Counted from the first letter of the stretch, positions 8,961 through 20,238 are shown. The stretch: DNA of 64,000 nucleotides from Pseudomonadota bacterium (GCA_043821645.1 JBDRCO010000043.1:96001-160000), one strand, 5' to 3'. Numbers and translations: made by a program. Notes: generated by a model not told the origin, from the sequence alone.

Positions 8961-10358
8961 GTGTTCGTTGGTCTGCGCGTGCGCACCGCGGCCCTGGTCA
9001 TCGCCCTGGTGGCGGTGGGGGGCACCGCCTACGCCCTGTTCTCACTGGAGCGCGAGCGCACGGTCCTGGAACAGAGTCTGCGCTCGAATCTCATGGCCAC
9101 GCTGAACGCATTTGCCATCCCCTGCGCCATGGCCATCGCCAACGATCGCGTCGACACCCTGGACAATCTGGTGGCGGCCGTGGCCGAGCGTGCGGACGAG
9201 CTGGGCCTGCTCGAGATCACCGTGGTCGACCACACGGGCCGCGTGCTCGCCGATAGTCGCGTCGAGCGCTTCGGCGAGAACCTGACCGATGCCTTCACGC
9301 TGCAGGCGCTGCACAGCGATGTGCCCGTGTGGCAGGTCGACGGTAGCCGGGCCCTGGCCAGCCACCCCGTGATCAGTGGCCTGCGCTGGGGCACCTTGCG
9401 CGCGGCGCTGACCCTGGATGCCATGCACGCGCGCCTGGCCCAGCGGCAGCGCGATCTCGGGCTGCTCTTCGTCGCCGGCGCCCTGACCATCGCCCTGGTG
9501 CTGATGTTGACCCTGGGCGTGCTGGTGGTGAACCCGGTGTCGGCGCTGGCCGCGACGGCGCAGCGTCTGGGGCAGGGCGACCGCAGCGCGCGCATCGGCC
9601 GCTACCGCCGCGACGAGCTGGGCGAGCTGGGGCGCGCCTTCGACGAGATGGCCGCGCGCATCGCCAGCCACACCGACGACCTCGAGCGCACCGTGGCCGA
9701 GCGAACGGCCCAGCTCGGCGCGACCAACAGCCAGCTCAGCGAGACCAACGCCCGCCTCGAGGCCGCCAACCGCCAGCTCGAGCGCCTGGCCGTCACCGAC
9801 GGGTTGACCACCCTGTACAACCACCGGCACTTCCAGGAACTGCTGGGCCTCGAGCTCAAGCGCGGCACGCGCGCCCCGCACCACTTCGCGGTCATCATGA
9901 TCGATGTGGATCACTTCAAGCACTACAACGACACCCATGGCCACCCTGCGGGAGACGAGGTGCTGCGCCAGCTCGGGCGTCTGCTCGGCCAGAACCTGCG
10001 CGAGACCGACGTGGTGGCGAGGTACGGTGGTGAGGAGTTCGTGGTCATGTTGGTGGACAGCGACCGCGCCGCAGGTCTGGCCACCGCCGAGAAGATCCGC
10101 GCCCTGGTGGCCCAGCATCCCTTTGCTTTTCGCGAACAACAGCCCGGCGGCGCGGTGACCATCAGCGTGGGGGTCGCCTTTTACCCCGACGACGGTCTGA
10201 CCCCGGGTGACCTGATCTTCGCGGCGGACCAGGTGCTGTACGCGTCCAAGCGCGCGGGCCGCAACCAGGTGACCGCCACCGACGCCAGCCGGACACGCAA
10301 CCTGCCCCAGAACGACGGCGCCGCGAGCGCGCAGGATCCCGACGGGGAGGGCGCATGA
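8961..10358 (+). CDS. Membrane sensor diguanylate cyclase (TM, periplasmic sensor, TM, HAMP, coiled coil, GGDEF)
   Basis: HAMP motif RRDELGELGRAFDEM. Intact I-site and active site RETDVVARYGGEEF. Start approximate (GTG 8961). Confidence 0.93.
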   Translation: MFVGLRVRTAALVIALVAVGGTAYALFSLERERTVLEQSLRSNLMATLNAFAIPCAMAIANDRVDTLDNLVAAVAERADELGLLEITVVDHTGRVLADSRVERFGENLTDAFTLQALHSDVPVWQVDGSRALASHPVISGLRWGTLRAALTLDAMHARLAQRQRDLGLLFVAGALTIALVLMLTLGVLVVNPVSALAATAQRLGQGDRSARIGRYRRDELGELGRAFDEMAARIASHTDDLERTVAERTAQLGATNSQLSETNARLEAANRQLERLAVTDGLTTLYNHRHFQELLGLELKRGTRAPHHFAVIMIDVDHFKHYNDTHGHPAGDEVLRQLGRLLGQNLRETDVVARYGGEEFVVMLVDSDRAAGLATAEKIRALVAQHPFAFREQQPGGAVTISVGVAFYPDDGLTPGDLIFAADQVLYASKRAGRNQVTATDASRTRNLPQNDGAASAQDPDGEGA

Positions 10359-11311
10359 GGTCGTGGACCCTTGTCCCCGCTCTGGCCGCGCTGCTCGCGG
10401 GGTGCCGTCCCGAGCCCGAGGTGCCGGGTCCGCCATCCCCGCCGTCGTCGCCAGCGAGACCGGTGAAGGCCAGCGAGTGGCCGAACCAGATCCAGTTCGG
10501 CATCACCCCGGTGCTCGATCTCGAGAGCCTGCGACGAGGCAACCAGGCGCTGTGCGACGAGCTGGGCCACCTGCTGGGGACCGAGGTCAAGCTCGTGGTG
10601 TCGTCGAACTATGGCGAGCTGGGCGAATTGCTGATCCAGGGCCAGGTGACCTTCGCACGCATGTCCCCCCTGGCCTACGTGGTGGCGCGCACCCAGTACC
10701 CGTCGCTGCGGCTGGTGGCGTCGATGATCGCAGACGGTAGCATCGACTACGCAGCCTACATCGTGGCCCGCGCCGACAGCGACATCCTGCGCGTCGACGA
10801 CCTGCGTGGCCGCTCCTTCGGCTTCGTGGATGTCACCTCGGGGTCCGGCTACCTGTACCCACTGGTCTACATCTGGGATCGCTTCGGCAAGCCCGAGCGC
10901 TTCTTCTCGGGCGTGCGCTTTTTAGGCAATCACCAGGCCCTGCTGCGCGCCGTCGAGGAGGGCCACGTCGACGCCGGCGCCACCTTTTCGGCCGCCCTGG
11001 TGACCTATGGCCAGATGGGCCTGGGCTCGCCCTTTCGCATCGTGGCCAAGACCGGCCGCATCCCCTACGACGCCTTCGTGGCGGGTCCGGCCCTCGACGA
11101 CGCGCAGGTGGCCGCGCTGCAGAGTGCGCTGCTGGGCATCGACACGCGCTCGCCGCGCGGGCGCAAGGTGCTGGGCCCCCTGCGCCACATCAACGGCTTC
11201 TTGCCAGCCAATGACGCGCTGTACGACACGGTGCGCACCGTGGTGACCCGCGCCACCATGCATGGCACCCACGTGGGCCCGGATCAGGTGAGCAACGATG
11301 CAGGTCCGTGA
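10355..11311 (+). CDS. PhnD-like phosphate/phosphonate substrate-binding lipoprotein
   Basis: Lipobox LLAGC. Motifs FVDVTSGSGYLYP, GNHQALLRAV and IPYDAF. ATGA overlap with the cyclase. Confidence 0.9.
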   Translation: MRSWTLVPALAALLAGCRPEPEVPGPPSPPSSPARPVKASEWPNQIQFGITPVLDLESLRRGNQALCDELGHLLGTEVKLVVSSNYGELGELLIQGQVTFARMSPLAYVVARTQYPSLRLVASMIADGSIDYAAYIVARADSDILRVDDLRGRSFGFVDVTSGSGYLYPLVYIWDRFGKPERFFSGVRFLGNHQALLRAVEEGHVDAGATFSAALVTYGQMGLGSPFRIVAKTGRIPYDAFVAGPALDDAQVAALQSALLGIDTRSPRGRKVLGPLRHINGFLPANDALYDTVRTVVTRATMHGTHVGPDQVSNDAGP

Positions 11312-13037
11312 CGTCGATACCCTGGCCCGGGTGCTGCCCGATCTTGGCGCCGCTCCCGTGCTGGCCGTGGATCTCGAGACCACGGGCCTCGATCCGCTGG
11401 TCGAGCGCACCCTGCTCATCGGCCTCAGCGACGGCCGCCGCACCTGGTTGATCGAGGCCCGGGAGGTGCCCGCCGACGCCCTGCGCACCCTCCTGGGGCC
11501 CGTGCTGCAGCGGACCCCGCTGGTGGTGATGCACAACGCGCGCTTCGATCTGCGCTTCTTGCTGCGTCTGGGTATCCGGGTCGACAACCCGGTGGATACC
11601 CTGCTCAACCAGCAGCTGCTCGAGAACGGCCGCGAGCGCGGACGGCTGTCCCTGGCCGAGGTGTGCCGGCGCATGCTCGGCGTCACCGTCGACAAGAGCG
11701 AGCGCATCAGCTTCACCACCATGGGGGACCAGGCCTTCACCGAGGCGCAGCTCGAGTACCTGCGACGCGACCTGCTGGCGACCTACCAGCTGTTCCGGCG
11801 CCAGGTGGTGGCGCTGGCCCACGACGGGCTGGCCGGGGTCGCGGCCATCGAGGCCAATGCCATCAATGCCTTCGCGAGCATGGAGCAGGCCGGTCTTCCC
11901 GTCGACGTCGCTGCCTGGCGCACCCTCACCGACCAGGCGGAGCGCGCCCGGGGAGAGGCGCGCAAGGTGCTGGACAGTCTGTTTCGCGAGGTCGCGGACC
12001 TGGACCTGTTTCGGGGCGTCAACATCAACTACGACTCGGAGCAGGAGCTCAAGGAGCACCTGCGGCGCCTCGGCATCGAGCTGGAGAGCACGGCGCGGCC
12101 CAGCCTGCTCGGGCTCGAGCATCCGGTGGGGCGCGCCATCATCGACTACCGCGAGGCCGCCAAGATCGTCAGCACCTACGGCGAGGGCTTCCTGTCCCAC
12201 GTGCACCCGGTGAGCGGGCGCATCCACGCGCGCTTCCGGCAGATCGGCGCCTCCACCGGACGGGTCTCGTGCTCGGATCCCAACCTGCAGAACATCCCCA
12301 AGGAGTCGGCGTTTCGGGCCAGCATTCGCGCACCCGAGGGGCGCACCCTGGTCACCGCGGACTACGCCGCCTGCGAGCTGCGCATCCTGGCCCAGGCCTC
12401 GGGCGACCAGGCCTTCGTGCACGCCTTCGCCCGGGGCGACGACCTGCACGCCATGGTGGCGTCGCAGATGTTCGGCAAACCGGTGTCCAAGACCGAGAAC
12501 CCGGAGCTGCGCAACCGCGCCAAGGCCATCAACTTTGGCCTGGTCTACGGCATGGGGGCAGGCGGCCTGGCGCAGGCCGTGGGCTGCGGTCTCGACGAGG
12601 CCGAGCGCCTGCTCACGCGCTACTTCGACACCTACCCGGCGGTGAAGCGCTACCTCGAGCAGCGGGTGCAGATCGCGCTGCGCGAGGGGCACGCGACCAC
12701 CCTGAGCGGACGCCGCCTGTGGTTCAGCGACGAGGACCTGCGCGCCCCCGACGCGGCCGGGCGCATCGGCCGGGTGGCCAAGAACATGCCCATCCAGGGC
12801 ACCAGCGCCGACATCACCAAGCTGGCGATGGCCCACCTGTTCCGACGGCTGCAGGACGAACAACCCGAGGCGCAGATCGTCAACTGCGTGCACGACGAGA
12901 TCGTGGTCGAGACCAGCGACGGCGAGCACGCAGCGCGGCTGGTCACCGAGGCCATGGAGCAGGCCGAGCGCGACCTGCTGCCCGACGTGGTGCCCGCGGT
13001 CGAGGTGGTGGTGGATCGCAGCTGGGCCAAGGGCTGA
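11298..13037 (+). CDS. Family A DNA polymerase with 3'-5' exonuclease and no 5'-3' nuclease (Klenow-like)
   Basis: ExoI DLETTG, ExoII HNARFD, ExoIII YLRRD. TGRVSCSDPNLQNIP. Motif A DYAACELR, motif B RNRAKAINFGLVYG, motif C VHDE. Confidence 0.95.
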   Translation: MQVRDVDTLARVLPDLGAAPVLAVDLETTGLDPLVERTLLIGLSDGRRTWLIEAREVPADALRTLLGPVLQRTPLVVMHNARFDLRFLLRLGIRVDNPVDTLLNQQLLENGRERGRLSLAEVCRRMLGVTVDKSERISFTTMGDQAFTEAQLEYLRRDLLATYQLFRRQVVALAHDGLAGVAAIEANAINAFASMEQAGLPVDVAAWRTLTDQAERARGEARKVLDSLFREVADLDLFRGVNINYDSEQELKEHLRRLGIELESTARPSLLGLEHPVGRAIIDYREAAKIVSTYGEGFLSHVHPVSGRIHARFRQIGASTGRVSCSDPNLQNIPKESAFRASIRAPEGRTLVTADYAACELRILAQASGDQAFVHAFARGDDLHAMVASQMFGKPVSKTENPELRNRAKAINFGLVYGMGAGGLAQAVGCGLDEAERLLTRYFDTYPAVKRYLEQRVQIALREGHATTLSGRRLWFSDEDLRAPDAAGRIGRVAKNMPIQGTSADITKLAMAHLFRRLQDEQPEAQIVNCVHDEIVVETSDGEHAARLVTEAMEQAERDLLPDVVPAVEVVVDRSWAKG

Positions 13038-13121
13038 CGCCCTGTCCCGGGTCCGGCCGAGCCCGGATCCTGCCCCACATTTCAATGGAACCCGGCTCGT
13101 GGCCGTGGACACTATGGATGG

Positions 13122-14759
13122 ATGAGCGCAGACGGCGAGCCGCAGTTCGATCCCGAACTGCGTGAGCACTACGAGCAGGACCTCGAGATCAGCGAGGAGC
13201 GCTGGCGTTTCGAGCGCCGGGTACAGCGCCTGCTGATCGCCTTCGGCGTGGCCCTGCTGAGCATCATCTTCCTGGCGATCTGGGCCTCGACCCTGCGTTC
13301 GCGCATCGCCGTCGAGGTGTACGGGGATGGCCTGGCTGGGGATGGCTGGCCTAGCTCGCTGCGACTTGTGGCACGCGACCCCAAGAGCGGCGCGATCCTC
13401 AGACCCCTCGGGGTGGAGGTGAGCCTGCAGGTGACCGGCGACGACCCGCAGCAGATCGAGAACCTCGGTCTCACCGCGGAGACCGCGTCCGCCCTGTTTG
13501 TCGTCGACGCCGAGAGGCTGGCCCGGGGTGCCTCGGTGGCGCTGAGCCTGCGCACCGCCGAGGAACCCGATGCTCTCGAACTGGCCCTGCGCTCCCCGGC
13601 GGCCGCGACGGCCTGCGGCGTTCATCTCGTCGACAGCGTGCAGGCCCTGCAGAAGCCCGAGGCGGTGGAGGGTGCGGTGGACGCGCTGCCAGCCCTACCC
13701 GTGGTGGAGTTTGCAGGACGCACGATCACCCTGCGCTTCTATCCCGAGTCCGGGACCCTGGTGCCCGTGCTCATGAACCGGGTGACCGTGCTGGCCCTGG
13801 CCGACGGTGTGCCAGCATCCGGCGTCGCGGTGCGGGTGGATCCCCTGGGCTGGAACCTGCGGACCGACGCCCAGGGCCTCGGCGACTTGCAGTGGACGCC
13901 CGGGCGCGAACTCGGCGCGCTAACACTCACGCCTCTGTCGGGTGACGACGAGCAGCTCGCCACTCCCACCCCGGTCAAGGTCGCCCTGGCCGCTCCCCCC
14001 TCGCAGCTGCTGGCCAAGCCGCGCCGCGCCCACGTGGCCCCTGGCGGCGACATCGTGGTCGACATCCAGTCGGTGCGCCTGCGCACCTTTCTCAGCTACG
14101 AGGTCTGGTATGGCGCGCGCCTGGTGGCGCAAAGTGATCTGGCAGTGGACAGCGGCCATGCGGTGCTCGAGCTGCCGGCGCCCGACAGGCCGCGCGTGCT
14201 GGTAGGGACAAGGGTGCAGCGCGCCCCGCTGGGGGAGGATGTGGTCAGCGATCAGGCTTTTGTGTACGTCGACGACGGGGATGCCCGCAGCGCCCTGGCG
14301 CATCTGCTCGAGGACCTGGCGCCGCAGCTGGGGCGCGATCCGGGCTTGCAGGCCCTGGCGACGATGCCCGTCAACGACGACGACGACGCCGAACGCCGGA
14401 TGCGTCTGCTGTTCTCACGCCTCGAACTCGACGCCCGACCGCAGCTCGTGGCGTCGAGCGGTCCGCGCAACCAGGCCCGCGCCGAGCTCCGCCGCCTGCG
14501 CTGGCAGCGCTGGCTGTTCGCTGGCTACTGGACCCTGGGCTTGGGCGCCCTGGCCCTGGCCTCCTTCGCGGTGGTGCTGCACAACCGCCGGCTGTTCACG
14601 CGCCTCAAGCAAGCCGGCGACGACGATCCGGCCGAGGCCGAAGCCACGGCGCGCTCCATCCGCCATCGCGGCACGCTCGAACTCATTGCCGTGGTCATCG
14701 GCATGGTGTTCGGCCTGTTCATCGTCTACCGCCTGCTCTCCAACCTGTGGTGGGGATAG
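13122..14759 (+). CDS. Hypothetical membrane protein with macroglobulin(MG2)-like Ig segments
   Basis: One N-terminal and two C-terminal TM helices. FYPESGTLVPVLMNRV and RTDAQGLG resemble MG-domain motifs. Confidence 0.75.
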   Translation: MSADGEPQFDPELREHYEQDLEISEERWRFERRVQRLLIAFGVALLSIIFLAIWASTLRSRIAVEVYGDGLAGDGWPSSLRLVARDPKSGAILRPLGVEVSLQVTGDDPQQIENLGLTAETASALFVVDAERLARGASVALSLRTAEEPDALELALRSPAAATACGVHLVDSVQALQKPEAVEGAVDALPALPVVEFAGRTITLRFYPESGTLVPVLMNRVTVLALADGVPASGVAVRVDPLGWNLRTDAQGLGDLQWTPGRELGALTLTPLSGDDEQLATPTPVKVALAAPPSQLLAKPRRAHVAPGGDIVVDIQSVRLRTFLSYEVWYGARLVAQSDLAVDSGHAVLELPAPDRPRVLVGTRVQRAPLGEDVVSDQAFVYVDDGDARSALAHLLEDLAPQLGRDPGLQALATMPVNDDDDAERRMRLLFSRLELDARPQLVASSGPRNQARAELRRLRWQRWLFAGYWTLGLGALALASFAVVLHNRRLFTRLKQAGDDDPAEAEATARSIRHRGTLELIAVVIGMVFGLFIVYRLLSNLWWG

Positions 14760-14852
14760 GCGCACGCTGCCTTTGCTGGGTCGCCCCACCGAGCGAAGTT
14801 CCCGCGGCGCTGAACACCTGGATGCTTGCGCCGCCCGGGCTGATTCGCGAAG

Positions 14853-16220
14853 ATGCGCCCACTGCGTGAGGAGGCTTCTGTGCCCTTCGAGCCCGAGCTC
14901 ACTGCTCCCATCGCCACGGCGCGGCTGCAGAGCGCGCTGTCGCTGCGTCGCGTCCGCATCACCCTGCTCGAGGGCCCAGGGCAAGGTGGGCCGCGGGTCT
15001 TCGATCAGCAGACCATCGGCCTGGGCACCCATCCCTCGAACGAGCTGCGCCTCACCGACGAGACCGTGAGCCGCTTTCATGCACGCATCCACCAGGACGC
15101 GCGCGGCTTGAGCGTGCGCGATCTTGGCAGCCTCAACGGCAGCTACCTCGGCGCGCATCGCGTCGAAGTGGGCTATCTCAACGACGACGACGAGCTGCGG
15201 CTGGGGCAGACCCGGCTGCGGGTCGAGCGCCTGGCCGAGGGCTTCGAGGTCGCGCTCAGTCCGAACCCCCGCTTTGGCGATCTCATGGGCCAGAGCGCGG
15301 CCATGCGTCAGCTCTTCGCGGTGCTCGAACGCATCGCGCCCACCGAGGCCTCGGTGGTGCTCGAGGGCGAGAGCGGTACGGGCAAGGACCTCGCCGCGCG
15401 CGGCGTGCACGCCCAGAGCCGTCGCTGCCGCAAACCCTTCGTGGTTTTCGACTGCGGTGCTGCCGCGCCCGGGCTCATCGAGAGCGAGCTGTTCGGACAC
15501 GCCCGCGGTGCCTTCACCGGGGCCGCCAGCGAGCGCCCTGGCGTGTTCGAGGCGAGTCACGGTGGCACCGTGTTCATCGACGAGATCGGCGAGCTGCCCC
15601 TGGATCTACAGCCCAAGCTGCTGCGGGTGCTGGAGCAGCGCGAGGTGCGTCGCCTGGGCGAGAACCAGGTGCGTCCGGTCGACGTGCGGGTCATCGCCGC
15701 CACCAACCGCGACCTCGAGAAGGAGGTCGAGGCCAAGCGCTTTCGCGAGGACCTGTTCTACCGCCTGGCCGTGGTGCGCGTGCACATGCCGCCGCTGCGC
15801 GAGCGGCCCGACGACATCCCCGTGCTCATCGATCACTTCCTCAAGGACCTGGCCACCGATGGCCAGATTCCCGTGCTCAGTCCCGAGGTGCGCGCGGCCC
15901 TGGGTCGGCGGCCGTGGCTGGGCAATGTGCGCGAGCTGCGCAATGCCGTGGCTCGCGCCGTGTACCTGCCCGAGGACGCGCTGCGCTCGCAATCGCTGGC
16001 GCAGACCTCGGTCGACGAGGTCGACACCGAAGTGCCTTACAAGGTGGCAAAGGACAGGCTGCTCGACGCCTTCGAGCGCCGTTACCTGGGCGCGCTCCTC
16101 GCCTCGACCGACGGCAACGTGAGTGCGGCGGCCAAGAAGAGCGGCATCAACCGCACCCACCTGCAGGCCATGCTCAAGAAGCTCGGGATGCGCGGCAACG
16201 ACGACGTCACGCAGCCCTGA
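14853..16220 (+). CDS. FHA-domain sigma54-dependent transcriptional activator
   Basis: FHA ([14 protein letters not shown]), [23 protein letters not shown] and a Fis-type HTH. Confidence 0.95.
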   Translation: MRPLREEASVPFEPELTAPIATARLQSALSLRRVRITLLEGPGQGGPRVFDQQTIGLGTHPSNELRLTDETVSRFHARIHQDARGLSVRDLGSLNGSYLGAHRVEVGYLNDDDELRLGQTRLRVERLAEGFEVALSPNPRFGDLMGQSAAMRQLFAVLERIAPTEASVVLEGESGTGKDLAARGVHAQSRRCRKPFVVFDCGAAAPGLIESELFGHARGAFTGAASERPGVFEASHGGTVFIDEIGELPLDLQPKLLRVLEQREVRRLGENQVRPVDVRVIAATNRDLEKEVEAKRFREDLFYRLAVVRVHMPPLRERPDDIPVLIDHFLKDLATDGQIPVLSPEVRAALGRRPWLGNVRELRNAVARAVYLPEDALRSQSLAQTSVDEVDTEVPYKVAKDRLLDAFERRYLGALLASTDGNVSAAAKKSGINRTHLQAMLKKLGMRGNDDVTQP

Positions 16221-16379
16221 ACCCACCGCTCGGATGTGCTGAATTTTTTTTCCAGCGCCCTGCGGCGGCGTTGCAATCGTGATGCAGGAGGGCCGGCCCG
16301 CCCTGCCCCGAACGAGGCGACCTTTGCGAGGTCCCTCCCGGGCAGCGCCTCATCCCGGTGGGATCGAGAGCGACAAGCC

Positions 16380-18320
16380 CTACAAGCTGCGGTCCACCGT
16401 GGTCACGCCCTCGGCCTGGATCTCGACGACGATCTGGCTGTCGATGCCCTTGTCGGGGTTGACCACGCGCAGCTTGATGGGACCGACCGGCAGCTCGACC
16501 TTGAACAGCGGTGTCTCACCCAGTTCGATGCTGCCGTGGTAGACGCGGGTCCAGGGACGCGTGCGCAAGGTGAGCAGTCCGGTCGCCTTGCGGGGTGGCG
16601 AGTCCCCGGACGTGTCGTCGGGAAGTGGGTGGTGAGGTTGCACGGGCCGGTGCCCTGGTCCGGGGCGCGGCCGGGCCTCGCGCGCGGTCAGCTGCAATTC
16701 CAGTTTCTGCGCGTCGCCAGGGCGCAGCAACACGCGCCGCTCCTCGGGCCGGTAGCCGTCGAGCTCCAGCCGCACGGTGCGCTCGACACCGGCCGGCAGG
16801 TCCGCGAGGGTGGCCGGGGTGACCTGGCCCGTGTCCATCCGGTCGAGCAGGATGTGCGCACCCGGGGGCGAGGTCTCGATCTGCAGGCTGGCGACCGTGG
16901 TTACGGGCAAGGTCTCCAGCGCCACGTGCTGCTGCAAGGTGGGGCGGTCCGACGTGACCAGGAGGTTGGCGTGATGGGGTTTGTAGCCTGACGCGGCCAC
17001 CGCCAGGATATAGGCGCGCTCGAACTCGAGCCCATCCACCGTCAGCGGGGTCGTGCCGCGCGACACACCATCCAGGCTCACCTGGGCTCCCACCGGCGCC
17101 GAGGTCAGCACGAGCTGACCGATCTGGGGTGCGGGTTTCCACTGCAAGGCCAGCAGACCGAGACCGGCGAGGAGCGCGGCCAGTGCCAGGGTACCTGCCA
17201 GGACCAGCCGCGACCGACCCCGCCGGTAGCGGGTCTGGGTCATGGTCGGCTGCGGGCTCGACGACGGCGTGCCCATGTCGCGGATGCCCGTCGAGGGAAG
17301 AGCGCGGATCACCTCGGACAGGGATCCCGCCTCGCGCAGGCGATTCTTGCGCTCGATATGGTCCGGGAAGTGCTCCTCGAGCAAGGCGCCCAGCTCCAGC
17401 GAGGTGGCAGGCACACCGAAGTCCGCGATGAAGCTCTCGAGTGCCTGGCGCATCTCCAGGCAGGACTGAAAACGCTCGGCAGCTGGCCGACGCAGCGCAC
17501 GACCCACGATCTCGGTCAGCACCTCGGGCGTGCCGGGCCTGGCCTCGGCCACCGGCGGCGCGTCCTCCTCGGTGATCACGCGCAGGGTCAACAGTTCGCT
17601 GTCGCGCTTGTACAGGCGCCGCAGGGTCAACAGCTCGTGCAGCAAGATACCGACCGCGAACACGTCGCTACGGCGATCCAGGGTCTCACCCAGGCATTGC
17701 TCCGGCGACATGTAGGCGGCCTTGCCCATGATGGTGCCGGTGCGGGTGTGCGCCACCTTGTTGGCTGCCTTGGCGATACCGAAGTCGACGATCTTGATCT
17801 GGCCCTCGTAGGTGACCAGCACGTTCTGCGGGCTCACATCGCGGTGCACGATGTTGAGCGGCTGTCCCTGCTCGTCGCGCTGCTCGTGGGCGTAGTGCAG
17901 CCCGGCGCAGACGTCGGCGGCGATGCGTGCGCACAGCTCGACCGGGAGGATCTGACCGGTCTTGCGCGAACGGGATAGCAGCTGCGCCAGGTCCTCGCCC
18001 TGGATGTACTCCATGGCGATGAAGTAGGCGCTGCCAACGCGTCCCAGGTCGTAGATCTGCACGATGTTGGGGTGGTTGAGTCGCGCGGCGATGCGCGCCT
18101 CGTCGAGGAACATCTCGACAAAATGCTCCTGCTCGCTCAGGTGCGGCAAGATCTTCTTGACCACGCAGAACTTCTTGAAGTCCGCTGCGCCGCTCATGGT
18201 GGCCAGGTACAGCTGAGCCATGCCGCCGGTGGCGATCTTGCGCAGCAGGTTGTAGCGGCCAAAGGGAACGCCCGGCTCGGATGCCGCTCCACTCTCGCCG
18301 TCGCGCTCGCTGTCGCTCAC
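16380..18320 (-). CDS. Membrane Ser/Thr protein kinase with C-terminal PEGA domains
   Basis: [21 protein letters not shown] and YMSPEQ motifs, a TM helix and PEGA repeats. Start GTG 18320 approximate. Confidence 0.93.
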   Translation of the reverse strand: MSDSERDGESGAASEPGVPFGRYNLLRKIATGGMAQLYLATMSGAADFKKFCVVKKILPHLSEQEHFVEMFLDEARIAARLNHPNIVQIYDLGRVGSAYFIAMEYIQGEDLAQLLSRSRKTGQILPVELCARIAADVCAGLHYAHEQRDEQGQPLNIVHRDVSPQNVLVTYEGQIKIVDFGIAKAANKVAHTRTGTIMGKAAYMSPEQCLGETLDRRSDVFAVGILLHELLTLRRLYKRDSELLTLRVITEEDAPPVAEARPGTPEVLTEIVGRALRRPAAERFQSCLEMRQALESFIADFGVPATSLELGALLEEHFPDHIERKNRLREAGSLSEVIRALPSTGIRDMGTPSSSPQPTMTQTRYRRGRSRLVLAGTLALAALLAGLGLLALQWKPAPQIGQLVLTSAPVGAQVSLDGVSRGTTPLTVDGLEFERAYILAVAASGYKPHHANLLVTSDRPTLQQHVALETLPVTTVASLQIETSPPGAHILLDRMDTGQVTPATLADLPAGVERTVRLELDGYRPEERRVLLRPGDAQKLELQLTAREARPRPGPGHRPVQPHHPLPDDTSGDSPPRKATGLLTLRTRPWTRVYHGSIELGETPLFKVELPVGPIKLRVVNPDKGIDSQIVVEIQAEGVTTVDRSL

Positions 18321-18398
18321 GGACTGACCCCTGCCTGCGTCGTCGACGCACGTTCCCCCACTCTGGCAACCACAGACACCTGGGGTCAAGAAGGCTGC

Positions 18399-19358
18399 TC
18401 AGGGGAGCTGGAGGACGGCGCTGACGGCATGCGCGCCCAGACACATCGAAAAGGCGTCTGCGATGCGTGGGTCATCCAGACAGGTCGGGCTCTCGATGAT
18501 GGTGCCATCGCCATCGATGCATCGCACCACCTGGGCCTGGCCATCGAGGTCGTAGCGCTCGAGACCGTCGCCATCCATGTCCAGGTCGGGGTGCTCACCG
18601 ATCAGACGCATGTACTGGGCCAGGCTGATCTCGTCGGGCGTGTTGGGGTTGATGCAGAGGATGGGCATGTAGCGGCAGATGGGGATGCTCACCCGCTGCG
18701 TGTCGCGAATGCGCGCGGATCCCGCGATACGGATCTCCATCAGCTCGCGCAGGGTGTCGGGGATGAATACAGCAAAACGCGTGCGCTCCATGGGAAGGTC
18801 GTCTTCATCCAGCTTGAGCATGATCGTCTGGTCCATGACGGTGGCCAGGCGGCATTGTTGAACCGGCGCAGGTTCGGTGCGGTACAGCGCCTGATCGCCG
18901 TCGAGATCATTGGGATCGAGAACGGCGTGGCCGCATTCGGGCGCGCCGCAGAAGTTGTTGGCCGGATCCTGGTCCGCGTCCTCGCAGGTGAAGTACTTGA
19001 TGGTGACCGAGCGATCGTCACAGCCATAAGGATCGTCGACGCCCACCAGTTCCAGGGCGACACAGATGCGTCCGGTCTGCACCGACGAGCGAAAGGCGTC
19101 GTTGATGGCAGTGGCCATCGGAGCCAGGGCCCGATTGACCGCCGCGTCGGGCAGGCTGTCACCGTCCAGATCCAGGGACTGCTGCACGGGTGTGAGCGCC
19201 ATATCATCGACCAGGAAGCCCAGGCCCGTGGGCACCGGATCGTCGTAGCCGTCCCACTCCGCCGGCTCGGGCGGAGGCCTGGACGCCGGGGGGGCGCAGG
19301 CGGCGCCCAGGAGCACTGCCAGCACCAGACCCAGGCATCGCTGTCGATTCCGTCGCAT
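18399..19358 (-). CDS. Hypothetical Cys/Asp-rich lipoprotein
   Basis: Lipoprotein signal MRRNRQRCLGLVLAVLLGAAC and DxDGD motifs. Confidence 0.8.
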   Translation of the reverse strand: MRRNRQRCLGLVLAVLLGAACAPPASRPPPEPAEWDGYDDPVPTGLGFLVDDMALTPVQQSLDLDGDSLPDAAVNRALAPMATAINDAFRSSVQTGRICVALELVGVDDPYGCDDRSVTIKYFTCEDADQDPANNFCGAPECGHAVLDPNDLDGDQALYRTEPAPVQQCRLATVMDQTIMLKLDEDDLPMERTRFAVFIPDTLRELMEIRIAGSARIRDTQRVSIPICRYMPILCINPNTPDEISLAQYMRLIGEHPDLDMDGDGLERYDLDGQAQVVRCIDGDGTIIESPTCLDDPRIADAFSMCLGAHAVSAVLQLP

Positions 19359-19398
19359 CACAGCTACAATTATCGCACGAAGGCCCACCAGGTGCCGC

Positions 19399-20238
19399 AT
19401 GACCGAGATCACCATCCTGATCGCCCTGCTCACCGCGGCCGCGGTGCCCGTCGATGAGAACGCGGCGCCGGGCTCGGGCGCGCACTGGCTGCAGGTGGCC
19501 AGCGCAGCCTACGAGGAACTGCGCTTCGACGACGCCCGCGTGGCCCTGGACAGAGCCCTGCGCGACCCCAGCAGCCCCCACCCTCAGCTGGTCCAGATTT
19601 ACAGGTTGCAGGGGGTGGTCGAGGCCTCCATGGGTCAGCCCGTGGCCGCCAAGCGCGCCTTCGCGCAGATGCTGGTGCTGGACCCCCAGGCCAGCCCTCC
19701 CGACGAGGTCTCGCCCAAGATCAGCACCGCCTTCGAGGCAGCCCGTGCCAGCTTGCCCGGAGAGCGCGGCATCCTGATCGAGTGCGCGGCGTCCGCCGAG
19801 CTGCGCATGGGCCAGGCCGCCGAGCTCCCCATCCGAATCAGTGACACCCTGGGCATGGTCGAGCAGCTGGTGGTGCGCTACCAGGTGGCTGACGCCGAGC
19901 CTCGGGAGCGTGTGCTCGGACGCGCGGACCAGGGCATGCTCCACATCACAGCGCAGGAGCTGCCAGTGCGCGCAACGCCCTACGTGGTGCGCTTGCAGGC
20001 CGAGGCCCAGAACCTGTACGGCGTCCGCCTGGCCGAGCTCGACAGCACGTCGCCGGGCGCGCAGATCCGCGTGGTGCAGGAACTGAGCGCCGACGAGGAG
20101 CCCTTGACCCGGCAGTGGTGGTTCTGGACCAGCCTGGCCGGTGGCGCGGCCCTGGCGGCGGTGGTGGCCGGAGGACTGACCTGGGCCCTGGCACCCCGGG
20201 ACAGCAGCCCGCGCGATATCGAGGTGCGCGTCGAATGA
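19399..20238 (+). CDS. Exported TPR-like protein with C-terminal TM anchor
   Basis: Signal peptide, TPR-like helices (AYEELRFDDA) and a C-terminal WWFW-TM segment typical of myxobacterial proteins. Confidence 0.8.
   Translation: MTEITILIALLTAAAVPVDENAAPGSGAHWLQVASAAYEELRFDDARVALDRALRDPSSPHPQLVQIYRLQGVVEASMGQPVAAKRAFAQMLVLDPQASPPDEVSPKISTAFEAARASLPGERGILIECAASAELRMGQAAELPIRISDTLGMVEQLVVRYQVADAEPRERVLGRADQGMLHITAQELPVRATPYVVRLQAEAQNLYGVRLAELDSTSPGAQIRVVQELSADEEPLTRQWWFWTSLAGGAALAAVVAGGLTWALAPRDSSPRDIEVRVE

Noticed and set aside
11298-13037. Prophage origin of the polymerase
   Set aside because: No integrase, structural, primase or helicase genes nearby, and codon usage matches the host.
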